Source: Ilumatobacteraceae bacterium (GTDB lineage Bacteria > Actinomycetota > Acidimicrobiia > Acidimicrobiales > Ilumatobacteraceae). Taken from it: a stretch of 57,307 nt of DNA. This document shows positions 11,701 through 17,859 of the stretch, one piece after another. The stretch lies in contig JBGSII010000025.1 in NCBI GenBank assembly GCA_041742555.1, positions 1 through 57,307 on the forward strand. Direction: 5' to 3'. Below the pieces are notes generated by a model, which was given only the letters and a program-made list of their open reading frames with translations, was not told where the DNA came from and made no database searches. The position numbers and the translations under genes were made by a program. The number at the start of each line of letters is the position of its first letter. Position 1 is the first letter of the stretch.

Positions 11701-14648
11701 CCGGCAATGACGAGAACCCGCCGACCGTCGATTTCGACGTGCAGGGCGTGCCGGCCGGGGGCGGCGCCTTCGCCAACCGGGCGACCGTCGGGATCACCGC
11801 GACCGACTTCGGCTCGGGCGTCGAGTTCCTGACGTACCGCGTGAACTCGGGTCCGGTTGAGAACTACGTCGGGCCGATCAGCCTGCAAGCGGTGGGCGAA
11901 TACGTCATCGAAGCGACTGCGGTCGACAACGCCGGCAACTCGACCACCGAGAGCGTGTCGGTGTCGGTCGAGTTCCGAGAGGAATCGCAGGCCGAGATCT
12001 CGCTGATCAACCGATCGATCTCGCGACGCAACGGCGCTCCGATCCCCGGGTTCTACGACGACTGGCTCGTGATGAGCCGTCTCAACAGCGGCACGAACTC
12101 GATCCCGGACTTCACGCACAAGTCCACCGACAGCGCAACGTTGACGATCCAAAACACCGGAGTCGTCGACGATCTGACGATCACCGCCTTGACGATCAGC
12201 AACCCGGACTTTGCCATCATCGACCCACCCACGCTGCCGCTCACCCTCGCGCCGGGGGCATCGAGTGACGTCGTCGTGAGACTCGTCGACACGACGGGCA
12301 GCAACGGCACGCGGCAGGGAACACTCACGATCGTGAGTGACGATGCTGATGAACCGAACACCGTCGTCCAGCTCCGCGGACTGTGGCAGGTCGCCCCGGA
12401 GGGCGGCAACGAGCCGCTGTTCCGCAACATCATCGCGGCGTTCGGTTGGACGACGAGCACCGGGACGGGCACGCTGTCGAGCGACATCGGTGCACCTGCC
12501 TCCGGTGAGGAAGTGATCTCAGCCCGATGGGAGCGCGCCGACACGACCAAGCCCCTCGTCGTGCGCCAGCTCGTCGCCTACCACGGCTGCCCAGGACAGG
12601 CGCTGATCCAGGTTGCGAGCGCCCAGTTCCGTCACGGCTTCGACTACTGCCAATCGGCGCTTCCGCTCGACGTCAACGGCAACCTCACCGAGGCCTCGGC
12701 AAGCCCGACCTCCAAGTTCACTGTCTACATCGGGGGTCTCTCCTCGGTCGGATCGAATGGCCTCCTCGGCGTCCGGTTCTTCCCGGTACGCGACCGAGAG
12801 GGCGACCTGGTCGCGAACAGCTGGATCGTGATCCAGGACTACGTCCAGAGTGGGTGCGGTACCGGAGCGGCGAACTGTGACTTCAACGACAACATGTTGC
12901 TGATCACCAACATCAAGCCGGCTGACAGCTCCACCGATCCAGGCGGTGGCGGTGGCGGTGGCGGTGAGGTGTCGGTGCCAGGTTCGGCGACGACCCCGTC
13001 GATCACCGTCACCCCCGCCGACCAGCGCCTCACCGCCATCTGGGACCACCCCACCGCAACCAAGTTCCAGTTCCGCTACAAGACCGCCTCGTCGGCATCC
13101 GGCTGGAAGTGGGACACCGCAACCACTCAGAAGACCAGAACCGTCACCGGACTCACCAACGGCACCGCCTACGACATCCAAGTTCGAATCCTCATCGGCG
13201 GCATCTGGCAAGACTGGAACACCGCCACCGCCACCCCCGGCACCAGCGGACCACCAGCCAACAAGGCGCCCGTCGTCAATGCGGGGCCTGACCAGACCGT
13301 GATCGAGGGCTCGACGGTGACGCTCGCAGCCACTGCCACCGACGACGGGCTCCCGACACCTCCCGGAGCGATCTCGACATCGTGGTCACAGTTCGCCGGC
13401 AACGGCCTCGCGCAGTTCGACAACAACACGAGCCCGACCTCGACCGTCACCTTCCCGTCCACCGGCACCTACGTTCTGCAATGGACCGCTGACGACACCG
13501 CGGCAATCTCGACCGACCAGGTCTCGATTACTGTGCTGCCCGCATCGACTCCGGTGCCGGCACCCACTGTGAACCCTGCAACGGGTACGTACAGCGGATC
13601 GGTTGCCGTGACGATGTCGTCGTCCACACCGAACTCGCAGATCCGGTACACCACCGACGGCACCGACCCGACCCCGAGCTCGACGCCGTACGTGGGCGCG
13701 CTGACACTGTCGACCACAACCACGGTCAAGGCACGGGTCTACCCCACCTTGGGGACCGAATCTGCCGTCACCACACGCGTCTACACCATCCAGGCCTCAC
13801 CGCCCGGTGGCGGTGAGGTGTCGGTGCCGGGTTCGGCGACGACCCCGTCGATCACCGTCACCCCCGCCGACCAGCGCCTCACCGCCACCTGGGACCACCC
13901 GAGCGCAACCAAGTTCCAGTTCCGCTACAAGACCGCCTCGTCGGCATCCGGCTGGAAGTGGGACGCAGCAACCACTCAGAAGACCAGAACGGTTACCGGA
14001 CTCACCAACGGCACCGCCTACGACATCCAAGTTCGAATCCTCCTCGGCGGCATCTGGCAAGACTGGAACACCGCCACCGCCACCCCCGGCACCAGCGGAC
14101 CACCAGCCACACCAGCCCCGTCGGTGAGCCCTGCATCGGGGAACTTCTCGTTGCTGCAGTCGGTGACGATGTCGACCTCGGTCGCGGGCGGAGTGATCCG
14201 CTACACACTCGACGGCAACGATCCGGGTCCCACTTCGGACGTGTACGGCTCGGCCATCCTGCTGACGGCGACGACGACTGTCAAAGCCCGTGTCTTCCCA
14301 CTGACCGGTGACCCCTCGGCAGTCACCACGAGGACGTACACGCTGTCGACCGGCGGCGGCGGGGGGGTCGTCAGCGTTCCAGGCTCGGCAACACTGCCAT
14401 CGATCGATGTCACTCCCGGCAACCGTTCGTTGTCGGTCGCCTGGAACCACCCGAAAGCGGTCAAGTACCAGCTGCGCTACAAGCTCGGGAGCAGTGCCTC
14501 GGGATGGGTATGGGACCCAACGACGACCGATACGTCACGAACGCTCACCGGCCTGACGAATGGGGTTGCCTATGACGTGCAGGTCCGTGTGCTGTACGGC
14601 GGCACGTGGAAGCCCTGGAACACCGCCACGGCAACACCCACGACATAA
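2712..14648 (+). CDS. Giant secreted multi-lectin/adhesin-like protein (about 3,980 aa)
   Basis: Single uninterrupted ORF 2556..14648. Start placed at ATG 2712 (alternative ATG 2745) because a Sec-type signal peptide follows (RRTRARLGILIALSTVAGLLILSTPTQIAQA) and 2556-2711 does not look protein-like. Modules recognised by eye: 4 malectin-like, several FN3, 3 ConA-like jelly-rolls, and a GSDH-like beta-propeller. Also 2 choice-of-anchor-D-like Ig units each followed by a DUF4114-like end (AFEDADNGDYQDYVFLV; CDFNDNMLLI), a PKD-like unit, 2 CHB_HEX_C-like units (IRYTTDGTDPT) and 3 C-terminal FN3-like modules. No LPXTG or C-terminal TM seen. Confidence 0.9.
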   Translation: MLARPFKTNATMSGRLHTGNGTRRTRARLGILIALSTVAGLLILSTPTQIAQAVGFSASINFQRTNDSVPSGFLRDFGQGFGVRTDANQGTGLSYGWIVPGTQTPVSIIGTGRDRGFSAPNAANLPQELDTFIHAQSNTADANPLSVGITFNDPPATVPPNPPRINVASDWQIAVPAGTYDVTISVGDPNGRSDGGDAEEHQVIVETVPLFTAPFSQAPAGASNVDRGKLLQHQSNTLTGVAVTDGFLTLAFPPQPAADNTKINYIRIVEQVAPPATATPTNFAAVAGTTPLTAELSWDPVVDATSYNVFRNGVDIADVAAPTTTFTDTVTSTGAYSYSVTAVGPTDESDPTAAVGVIQTNAKCANISPFDCGDVRVALPFALDFDASAGGLVDLAGVGTGFTMVDAPSARMTDDGPPTDPGIPGYEPGPAPGGNDPAQIEVTGGALRLSSSKGIMFRTNSTSTNTNSQLNTLGVGVDASQTIEIRTTISADDFASSAGSSSQQGGLWFGLDEDNFAKLVLAKTNSTTGLKVQLQVEAAGGAIGAPAAAPLQIDTAGFTGPITEPIELVLRVDPATNTVTGSYQIGAGAIVDVTDTTNTSLTIPAAFTAAPAANTTGTFAGVFVTHRSALAAESYTMAFDSLAIDDVQPPATPTNLIVAAGNETADVSWNAVSDATEYIVSVDGTPRPATTNTSLTLTGLSNGTTYAITVTAVDASGNTSTPTPPQNVTPDVGDVTPPSVPSNVDATPDTGAGSVTITWNPVGDSDLAGYRVYRGTTLLTPDVPAGTETFTDTGRSLGDYSYSVASFDAIGNESARSSAIPVRLTNAVCGEVSPLECGDVRVALPFALDFDASAGGLVDLAGVGTGFTLVDAPSARLTDDGPPTDPGIPGYEPGPAPGGNDPAQIEVTGGELRLSSSKGIMFKTNSTSTNTNSQLNTLGVGVDASEAIELRTTITDDDLDSSAGSGSQQGGLWFGLDEDNFAKLVLAKTSSTTGLRVQLQAEADGGAVGGGNNGNPYEINMPFTGPITDPIELVMRVDPATNTVTGSYQIGAGPIVDVADTTNTSLIIPASLTNAPTSNDDPGTFAGVFVTHRNAAAAESLTMAFDSFAIDDVQPPATPTNLIVAAGDETADVSWTAVTDATEYIVSVDGTPRPATTNTSLTLTGLTNGTTYAITVTAVDASGNESDPTPPELVTPTGGTIVPCLPVSTLTCGQVVSALPFELTFDGTEGGLVDPAGDDLGFTMVDTHSQARVAGDPAISNADIRGYEPSLLDVAAGSLTIDARKGIQYLANNALINALGTGVDLDGRIVSISTTINPVTWPTTPQSQQTGLWYGLDEDNLFKLVIANASDDNLQVQLLREVGGTTDPTLTSNGLDATVIPKTAKVRLWMVIDDVADTVSAYYSLNGGPRVKLDKNGVDSITLPSAFGAGKLLSDGTTTASFAGVFATNRNGTNTPGIDPVFDDFAVREVVPELTASPDSVALSAEIDDSISTEVAVEETLGAATNVTVTDDAPWLTVTPNALTPGTLAVLADATGLAVGQYTATISISAIGYTTIEVPVTFDVTPIPPPVDLKINFQANTVMVSGSPVPVPVPAGYLKDVGQPYGPRTDADQGTGLFYGWILQDDSSPLDLTTNGRDRNRASIDQRLDTFIHMQYGDIVPQGTSGNLQPGRWEIAVPDGLYEVDVSVGDQPGGGGIYDSVHAINVEGAVALETFQGTTADEYESATATVGVSDGRLSIDAVGGTNTKINYVHITEVPDAPHVTTMRPLNRSIGFDPTDGVSADISVPGAGVGVDANSLDGNVKLFDVLTGLEVPSTVGTSGGNDNISLQPDEELTPGRQYRFVVTSAVTADDAAAAPFVPFVSLFTAGEPVGPPTTGTFEPLTGVSFDRVEQLAASGDIIASMAFGPDGKLYTTSIGSGIHRFDVAADGTLSNRTKVGPAELDGRAIIGIVFDTSLPSGELGIWITHATANIGNESQEWGSKVSHLSGANLETIRDIFVNLPRSKKDHLSNSIGYGPNGDLYFLQGSNQAAGDPDGAWGDRGETLLTAAMLHFSPTHPLVLAAKAGGAPIDVRTDAIGGYDPFDADAPLKLYATGIRNAYDFVFHSNGHLYVPTNGTAGGGNSPGVNVTPESGAPTTAQRLGQDPGDYTAACLTRRVDGLPYTAGDVPAITNHSVQEDHLYDVEKDKYYGHPNPERCEWVLHSGNPTAGQDPFERAGGSNYPVGVQPDPNYAGYAYNFGYNKSPNGTVEYTSNTFGGQLKGRILVVRFSNNNDIVFLQPDDATGAILGAQLQEGIDGVANSTIGGVGNFKDPLEIIEDPSTGNLYVNQYDQGGSGQGLFLLRVPAGQEAPGLDASEDELVFSATVSAQRPNDDRTIEVTNDSDEAITLSATIAAATSNSAVSDYSIVNGDGVTLAAGATTTVTVRFDPTQAGNRNAVLRLGNGDDVVDVGLFGIAATAYEGGNEPTLSNVLVALGHGTDVGWNGLAGGVAPTSRGAETYAPLFEKAGAGSVMMTPLAQYAPQELLPFGWYTGDGSAANRTVIGTFSTAGYQKVLPPLDSGGTTFDPGSATFGLFYQSNFFGRIGYTEDAKNGSDIRRARIYPAKNRAGTTIANAYIIAFEDADNGDYQDYVFLVRNVKPAGSGPVDPPTGDDTIKVNFQSAAAAVPAGYLRDFGEPYGTRTLANQGTGLSYGWLDQTTKEPIDLSVGGTGPGNGRDRNLAADQRYDTLINLQSADQAGTVNGTSARALWEIEVPNGDYEVTIAVGDPGVFTDPEFHSANVEGTPAITRFAPTGIAGATTRHTTQTVQVEVTDGRLTIDAIGGQNSKFNFVEITPINTGAVQVNFQPAGAVTPAGWVADTGAAFSTTRGYGWLVGATPTDRSSATRLRTLPAGDPLRQTFNIIQNDVVTTLTNGTWEYALPNGEYAVEVSVGDSDFTNSLHSVSVEGVNIISQFLPSTGNLFQTAGGIVTVNDNRLTLTAGFNGSNTKVNWIKITETGNDENPPTVDFDVQGVPAGGGAFANRATVGITATDFGSGVEFLTYRVNSGPVENYVGPISLQAVGEYVIEATAVDNAGNSTTESVSVSVEFREESQAEISLINRSISRRNGAPIPGFYDDWLVMSRLNSGTNSIPDFTHKSTDSATLTIQNTGVVDDLTITALTISNPDFAIIDPPTLPLTLAPGASSDVVVRLVDTTGSNGTRQGTLTIVSDDADEPNTVVQLRGLWQVAPEGGNEPLFRNIIAAFGWTTSTGTGTLSSDIGAPASGEEVISARWERADTTKPLVVRQLVAYHGCPGQALIQVASAQFRHGFDYCQSALPLDVNGNLTEASASPTSKFTVYIGGLSSVGSNGLLGVRFFPVRDREGDLVANSWIVIQDYVQSGCGTGAANCDFNDNMLLITNIKPADSSTDPGGGGGGGGEVSVPGSATTPSITVTPADQRLTAIWDHPTATKFQFRYKTASSASGWKWDTATTQKTRTVTGLTNGTAYDIQVRILIGGIWQDWNTATATPGTSGPPANKAPVVNAGPDQTVIEGSTVTLAATATDDGLPTPPGAISTSWSQFAGNGLAQFDNNTSPTSTVTFPSTGTYVLQWTADDTAAISTDQVSITVLPASTPVPAPTVNPATGTYSGSVAVTMSSSTPNSQIRYTTDGTDPTPSSTPYVGALTLSTTTTVKARVYPTLGTESAVTTRVYTIQASPPGGGEVSVPGSATTPSITVTPADQRLTATWDHPSATKFQFRYKTASSASGWKWDAATTQKTRTVTGLTNGTAYDIQVRILLGGIWQDWNTATATPGTSGPPATPAPSVSPASGNFSLLQSVTMSTSVAGGVIRYTLDGNDPGPTSDVYGSAILLTATTTVKARVFPLTGDPSAVTTRTYTLSTGGGGGVVSVPGSATLPSIDVTPGNRSLSVAWNHPKAVKYQLRYKLGSSASGWVWDPTTTDTSRTLTGLTNGVAYDVQVRVLYGGTWKPWNTATATPTT
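2880..3522 (+). other. Malectin-like carbohydrate-binding module 1 of the giant protein
   Basis: INFQRTNDSVPSGFLRDFGQGFGVRTDANQGTGLSYGW...GRDRG...DTFIH...WQIAVPAGTYDVTISVGDP...NTKINYIRI. The same skeleton recurs 4 times. Confidence 0.6.
3790..6300 (+). repeat. In-frame tandem duplication (period about 1395-1398 bp) inside the giant gene: ConA-like domain + FN3 unit
   Basis: Copy 1 from about 3790 and copy 2 from about 5185. For example, gtggcg(t/c)tgccgttcgcgctggacttcgacgcttccgcggg occurs at 3840 and 5235. The FN3 parts (about 4647-4865 vs 6045-6263) are nearly identical at DNA level, while the ConA-like parts are visibly more diverged. A third, much more diverged ConA-like copy follows from about 6310. 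Confidence 0.85.
7428..7979 (+). other. Malectin-like module 2
   Basis: LKINFQAN...PAGYLKDVGQPYGPRTDADQGTGLFYGW...NGRDRN...DTFIHMQ...WEIAVPDGLYEVDVSVGD...NTKINYVHITE. Confidence 0.6.
8350..9750 (+). other. Beta-propeller region resembling PQQ-dependent sugar dehydrogenase (GSDH/HHIP-type fold)
   Basis: Motifs MAFGPDGKLY, DHLSNSIGYGPNGDLYFLQGSNQAAGDP, ATGIRNAYDFVFHSNGHLYVPTNG and KYYGHPNP. Call is from motif memory only. Confidence 0.5.
10674..11216 (+). other. Malectin-like module 3
   Basis: IKVNFQSAAAAVPAGYLRDFGEPYGTRTLANQGTGLSYGW...GNGRDRN...WEIEVPNGDYEVTIAVGDP...NSKFNFVEITP. Confidence 0.6.
11232..11699 (+). other. Malectin-like module 4 (more diverged)
   Basis: VQVNFQPAGAVTPAGWVADTGAAFSTTRGYGW...WEYALPNGEYAVEVSVGDS...NTKVNWIKITE. 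Confidence 0.5.
12963..13261 (+). repeat. C-terminal FN3-like module, copy 1 (near-identical DNA repeat of 13812..14110)
   Basis: By manual alignment I count roughly 9 mismatches over about 300 nt against copy 2, at an offset of 849 bp. Encodes GEVSVPGSATTPSITVTPADQRLTAIWDHPTATKFQFRYKTASSASGWKWD...NTATATPGTSGPP. Confidence 0.9.
13812..14110 (+). repeat. C-terminal FN3-like module, copy 2
   Basis: See copy 1. A third diverged copy lies at about 14367..14645 and forms the extreme C-terminus. Confidence 0.9.
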
Positions 14649-14847
14649 GAAGGCCGGCCGCGTGCCGCCTGGTGTCACCGGAGGGCGCTGAAGTCCTGCA
14701 GGCCGCATGCGGTCACGTTGGGCAGCCCGTAGCTGGGCGGGGTGCGGCCTTCACAGACAGCGTGTCGGGGCCAGACGAATCGAGGTGTCTTGAGCCGCCG
14801 GCTGTGCGGGATGCGTCCAGATCGCTGATCAGTGCCGGCCGGAGAAC

Positions 14848-16749
14848 TCAGCCGACGATGCCTCGCTCGCGCAGGGCGGCGATGATCTGATCGGCGGCGG
14901 CCTCGGGCTGCGACGTCGAGGTGTCGACACGGACCTCGGGCGCCTCCGGTGGCTCGTACGGTGAGTCGATGCCGGTGAAGTTCGACAGCTCACCTCGGCG
15001 GGCCTTCGCGTAGAGACCCTTCGGATCGCGCTCTTCGGCCAGGTCGAGGGGCGTGTCGACGAACACCTCGATGAACTCGCCGTCCTCGACCGCCTCACGG
15101 GCGAGACGTCGTTCGGCCCGGAACGGGGAGATGAACGACACCAGCACCACGAGGCCGGCGTCGACCATCAGCGCCGACACCTCGGCGATCCGGCGGATGT
15201 TCTCCACACGGTCCGCGTCGGTGAATCCGAGATCCCGGTTCAGGCCGTGACGGACGTTGTCGCCGTCGAGGAGGTAGGTGCGCACACCCTGGGTGTGCAG
15301 CTTCGACTCGACGATGTTGGCGATCGTCGACTTGCCGGCGCCCGACAGACCGGTCAACCACACGACCGCGGGGCGATGGGTGTTCATCTCGGCCCGGGCG
15401 CCCTTGTCGACCTGGACGTCCTGCCAGTGGATGTTGTGCGAACGCCGGAGCGCGAAGTGCAACAGACCCGCGCCGACGGTGACGTTGGTGAGCTTGTCGA
15501 TCACGATGAAGCCACCGGTGTCGCGGTTGACGTTGTACGGGTCGAACGGGATGGCCCGATCGAGACTGACGTTGCACACGCCGATCTCGTTGAGTTCCAA
15601 CGTGTTCGCCGCCAGGTGATCGAGGTTGTTCACGTCGATGCGGAACTTCGGTTGGCTGATCGTGGCGCCCACGGTGCGGGCGCCGATCTTGATCAGGTAC
15701 GGCCGCCCAGGGAGCATTGCATCCTCGTGCATCCACACGACGTGCGCCTCGAACTGGTCCGCAACCTCGGCCGGGTCGCCCGCCGCACAGATCAGGTCGC
15801 CGCGACTCGCATCGATCTCGTCGGTGAGCGTGATCGTGACCGACTGGCCGGCGATCGCCTCGTCGAGGTCGCCGTCCATCGTCACGATCCGATCGACAGT
15901 GCTCGTGGTGCCCGCAGGCAGCACCCGGATCGGATCACCGGGCTTGATCGAACCGCCGACGATACGTCCCGAGAACCCGCGGAAGTCCAGGTTCGGTCGG
16001 TTCACCCACTGCACGGGCATGCGGAAGGACTGGTCGGCGAGGTCGTCGTCGACCGGCACCGTCTCGAGGAACCCGAGCAGCGTCGGGCCGTGATACCACG
16101 GGGTGTTCGCGCTCGGCACGACGATGTTGTCGCCCTTGAGCGCCGACAGCGGGATGAACGTCATGTCGTCGAGGCCGATGCGGCTCGCGAACTCGCGGTA
16201 CTCGTCCTCGATGGCCGAGAACACCTCGTGCGAGTACTCCATGAGGTCCATCTTGTTGATGGCCACGACGACGCGCTTGATGCCCAACAGCGACACGAGG
16301 AAGCTGTGACGCCGGGTCTGGGTGAGCACGCCCTTGCGGGCGTCGACCAGGATCACCGCGACATCGGCGGTCGAGGCGCCCGTCACCATGTTGCGCGTGT
16401 ACTGCTCGTGGCCCGGGGTGTCGGCCACGATGAACTTGCGGTGCTCGGTCGAGAAGAAGCGATACGCCACGTCGATCGTGATGCCCTGCTCGCGTTCGGC
16501 CGACAACCCGTCGAGCAGGAGCGCGAAGTCGAGGTCGCCGCCCTGCGTGCCGACCTTGGCCGAGTCGGCCTCGAGCGCCGCGAGGTGGTCCTCGAACACG
16601 AGATGGGTCTCGTAGAGGAGGCGACCGATGAGCGTGCTCTTGCCGTCGTCGACGCTGCCGCAGGTGATGAACCGCAGCAGGCTCTTGTACTGGTGCGACG
16701 TCAGATAGGCGTCGATGTTCTCCGCGATCAACTCCGATGCGTGTGCCAT
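14848..16749 (-). CDS. cysNC: Bifunctional sulfate adenylyltransferase subunit 1 / adenylylsulfate (APS) kinase
   Basis: GTPase motifs [17 protein letters not shown] and NKMD in the N-terminal two thirds. C-terminal APS-kinase P-loop [16 protein letters not shown]. Its start ATG overlaps the cysD stop (TGATG). Confidence 0.95.
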   Translation of the reverse strand: MAHASELIAENIDAYLTSHQYKSLLRFITCGSVDDGKSTLIGRLLYETHLVFEDHLAALEADSAKVGTQGGDLDFALLLDGLSAEREQGITIDVAYRFFSTEHRKFIVADTPGHEQYTRNMVTGASTADVAVILVDARKGVLTQTRRHSFLVSLLGIKRVVVAINKMDLMEYSHEVFSAIEDEYREFASRIGLDDMTFIPLSALKGDNIVVPSANTPWYHGPTLLGFLETVPVDDDLADQSFRMPVQWVNRPNLDFRGFSGRIVGGSIKPGDPIRVLPAGTTSTVDRIVTMDGDLDEAIAGQSVTITLTDEIDASRGDLICAAGDPAEVADQFEAHVVWMHEDAMLPGRPYLIKIGARTVGATISQPKFRIDVNNLDHLAANTLELNEIGVCNVSLDRAIPFDPYNVNRDTGGFIVIDKLTNVTVGAGLLHFALRRSHNIHWQDVQVDKGARAEMNTHRPAVVWLTGLSGAGKSTIANIVESKLHTQGVRTYLLDGDNVRHGLNRDLGFTDADRVENIRRIAEVSALMVDAGLVVLVSFISPFRAERRLAREAVEDGEFIEVFVDTPLDLAEERDPKGLYAKARRGELSNFTGIDSPYEPPEAPEVRVDTSTSQPEAAADQIIAALRERGIVG

Positions 16750-17702
16750 CAGAAGTACCCTTCCTGCTTCTTCTTCTCCATCGATCCAGCGGAATCGGTG
16801 TCGATGAGCCGACCCTGACGCTCCGACGTGGTGGCCAGCAACATCTCCTGGATGATGCCGATGAGCGTGTCCGCCTCGCTCTCGATCGCGCCCGACAGCG
16901 GGTAGCAGCCGAGCGTACGGAAGCGCACCGACTTCATCTCGGGCACCTCACCGTCGTGAAGCGGCATACGGTCGTCGTCGACCATGATCAACGTGCCGTC
17001 ACGGTCGACCACCGGGCGTGGCGCCGCGTAGTAGAGCGGCACGATCGGGATCTGCTCGAGGTGGACGTACTGCCACACGTCGAGCTCGGTCCAGTTCGAG
17101 ATCGGGAAGACCCGCACGCTCTCGCCGTTGCTGCGCCGGGCGTTGTACACCTGCCACAGCTCGGGTCGCTGACGCTTCGGATCCCACTGGTGTTGCGCGG
17201 TGCGGATCGAGAAGATGCGTTCCTTGGCCCGTGACTTCTCCTCGTCACGTCGGGCGCCACCGAAGCAGAGATCGAACTTGTTTGCGTCGATCACCTGCTT
17301 GAGGCCCTCGGTCTTCCACATGTCGGTGTGCAACGCCGAACCGTGATCGAACGGGTTGATGCCCATCTCGATGCACTCCGGATTCTGGTGCACGATCAGA
17401 TCGAGGCCGAGCTCCTTCGCGGTGTTGTCGCGGAAGGCGTACATCTCCTTGAACTTGAACGTGGTGTCGACGTGCACCAGCGGGAACGGCGGCTTCGAGG
17501 GGTAGAACGCCTTCATCGCCAGGTGCAGCATGACCGAGCTGTCCTTGCCGATCGAGTAGAGCATCGCCGGGCGCTCGCTCTCCGACACCGCCTCACGCAT
17601 GATCTGGATCGCTTCGGCCTCGAGCCGTTGCAGGTGGGTCAGGCGGCCGGCCGAGAGCTGGGTGGTCGGGGTCTCCGCTGCGCTCGTGGTCATCGTGGTC
17701 AT
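16749..17702 (-). CDS. cysD: Sulfate adenylyltransferase subunit 2
   Basis: [19 protein letters not shown]...[16 protein letters not shown]...[11 protein letters not shown] is the classic CysD/PAPS-reductase-fold N-terminus. Start trimmed from the track's 17783 to ATG 17702, which is preceded by GGAGGAG. Confidence 0.93.
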   Translation of the reverse strand: MTTMTTSAAETPTTQLSAGRLTHLQRLEAEAIQIMREAVSESERPAMLYSIGKDSSVMLHLAMKAFYPSKPPFPLVHVDTTFKFKEMYAFRDNTAKELGLDLIVHQNPECIEMGINPFDHGSALHTDMWKTEGLKQVIDANKFDLCFGGARRDEEKSRAKERIFSIRTAQHQWDPKRQRPELWQVYNARRSNGESVRVFPISNWTELDVWQYVHLEQIPIVPLYYAAPRPVVDRDGTLIMVDDDRMPLHDGEVPEMKSVRFRTLGCYPLSGAIESEADTLIGIIQEMLLATTSERQGRLIDTDSAGSMEKKKQEGYF

Positions 17703-17859
17703 GGGCTCCTCCAACGTCGATTCTCTATCAACTCGGTGGAGAATAGTCAGATATCGACCGCCATGCACCTGGGATGCGATCAAGAAGCACTCAAGAAGGT
17801 CTCAAGCACGACCCGCGGAGGACTCGAAGGGCGCTCGTGAACCCGGCGAGCGGGTCGGG

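Noticed and set aside
14649-14847. Bidirectional terminator between the convergent giant gene and cysNC
   Set aside because: Only a short palindrome (ccgcatgcgg, 14703-14712) and a long-range gaaggccg/cggccttc pairing were seen. There is no compact GC stem with a U-tract, which is not convincing by eye.
15247-16818. 523-aa + ORF
   Set aside because: It is antisense to cysNC, which has unmistakable GTPase and APS-kinase motifs.
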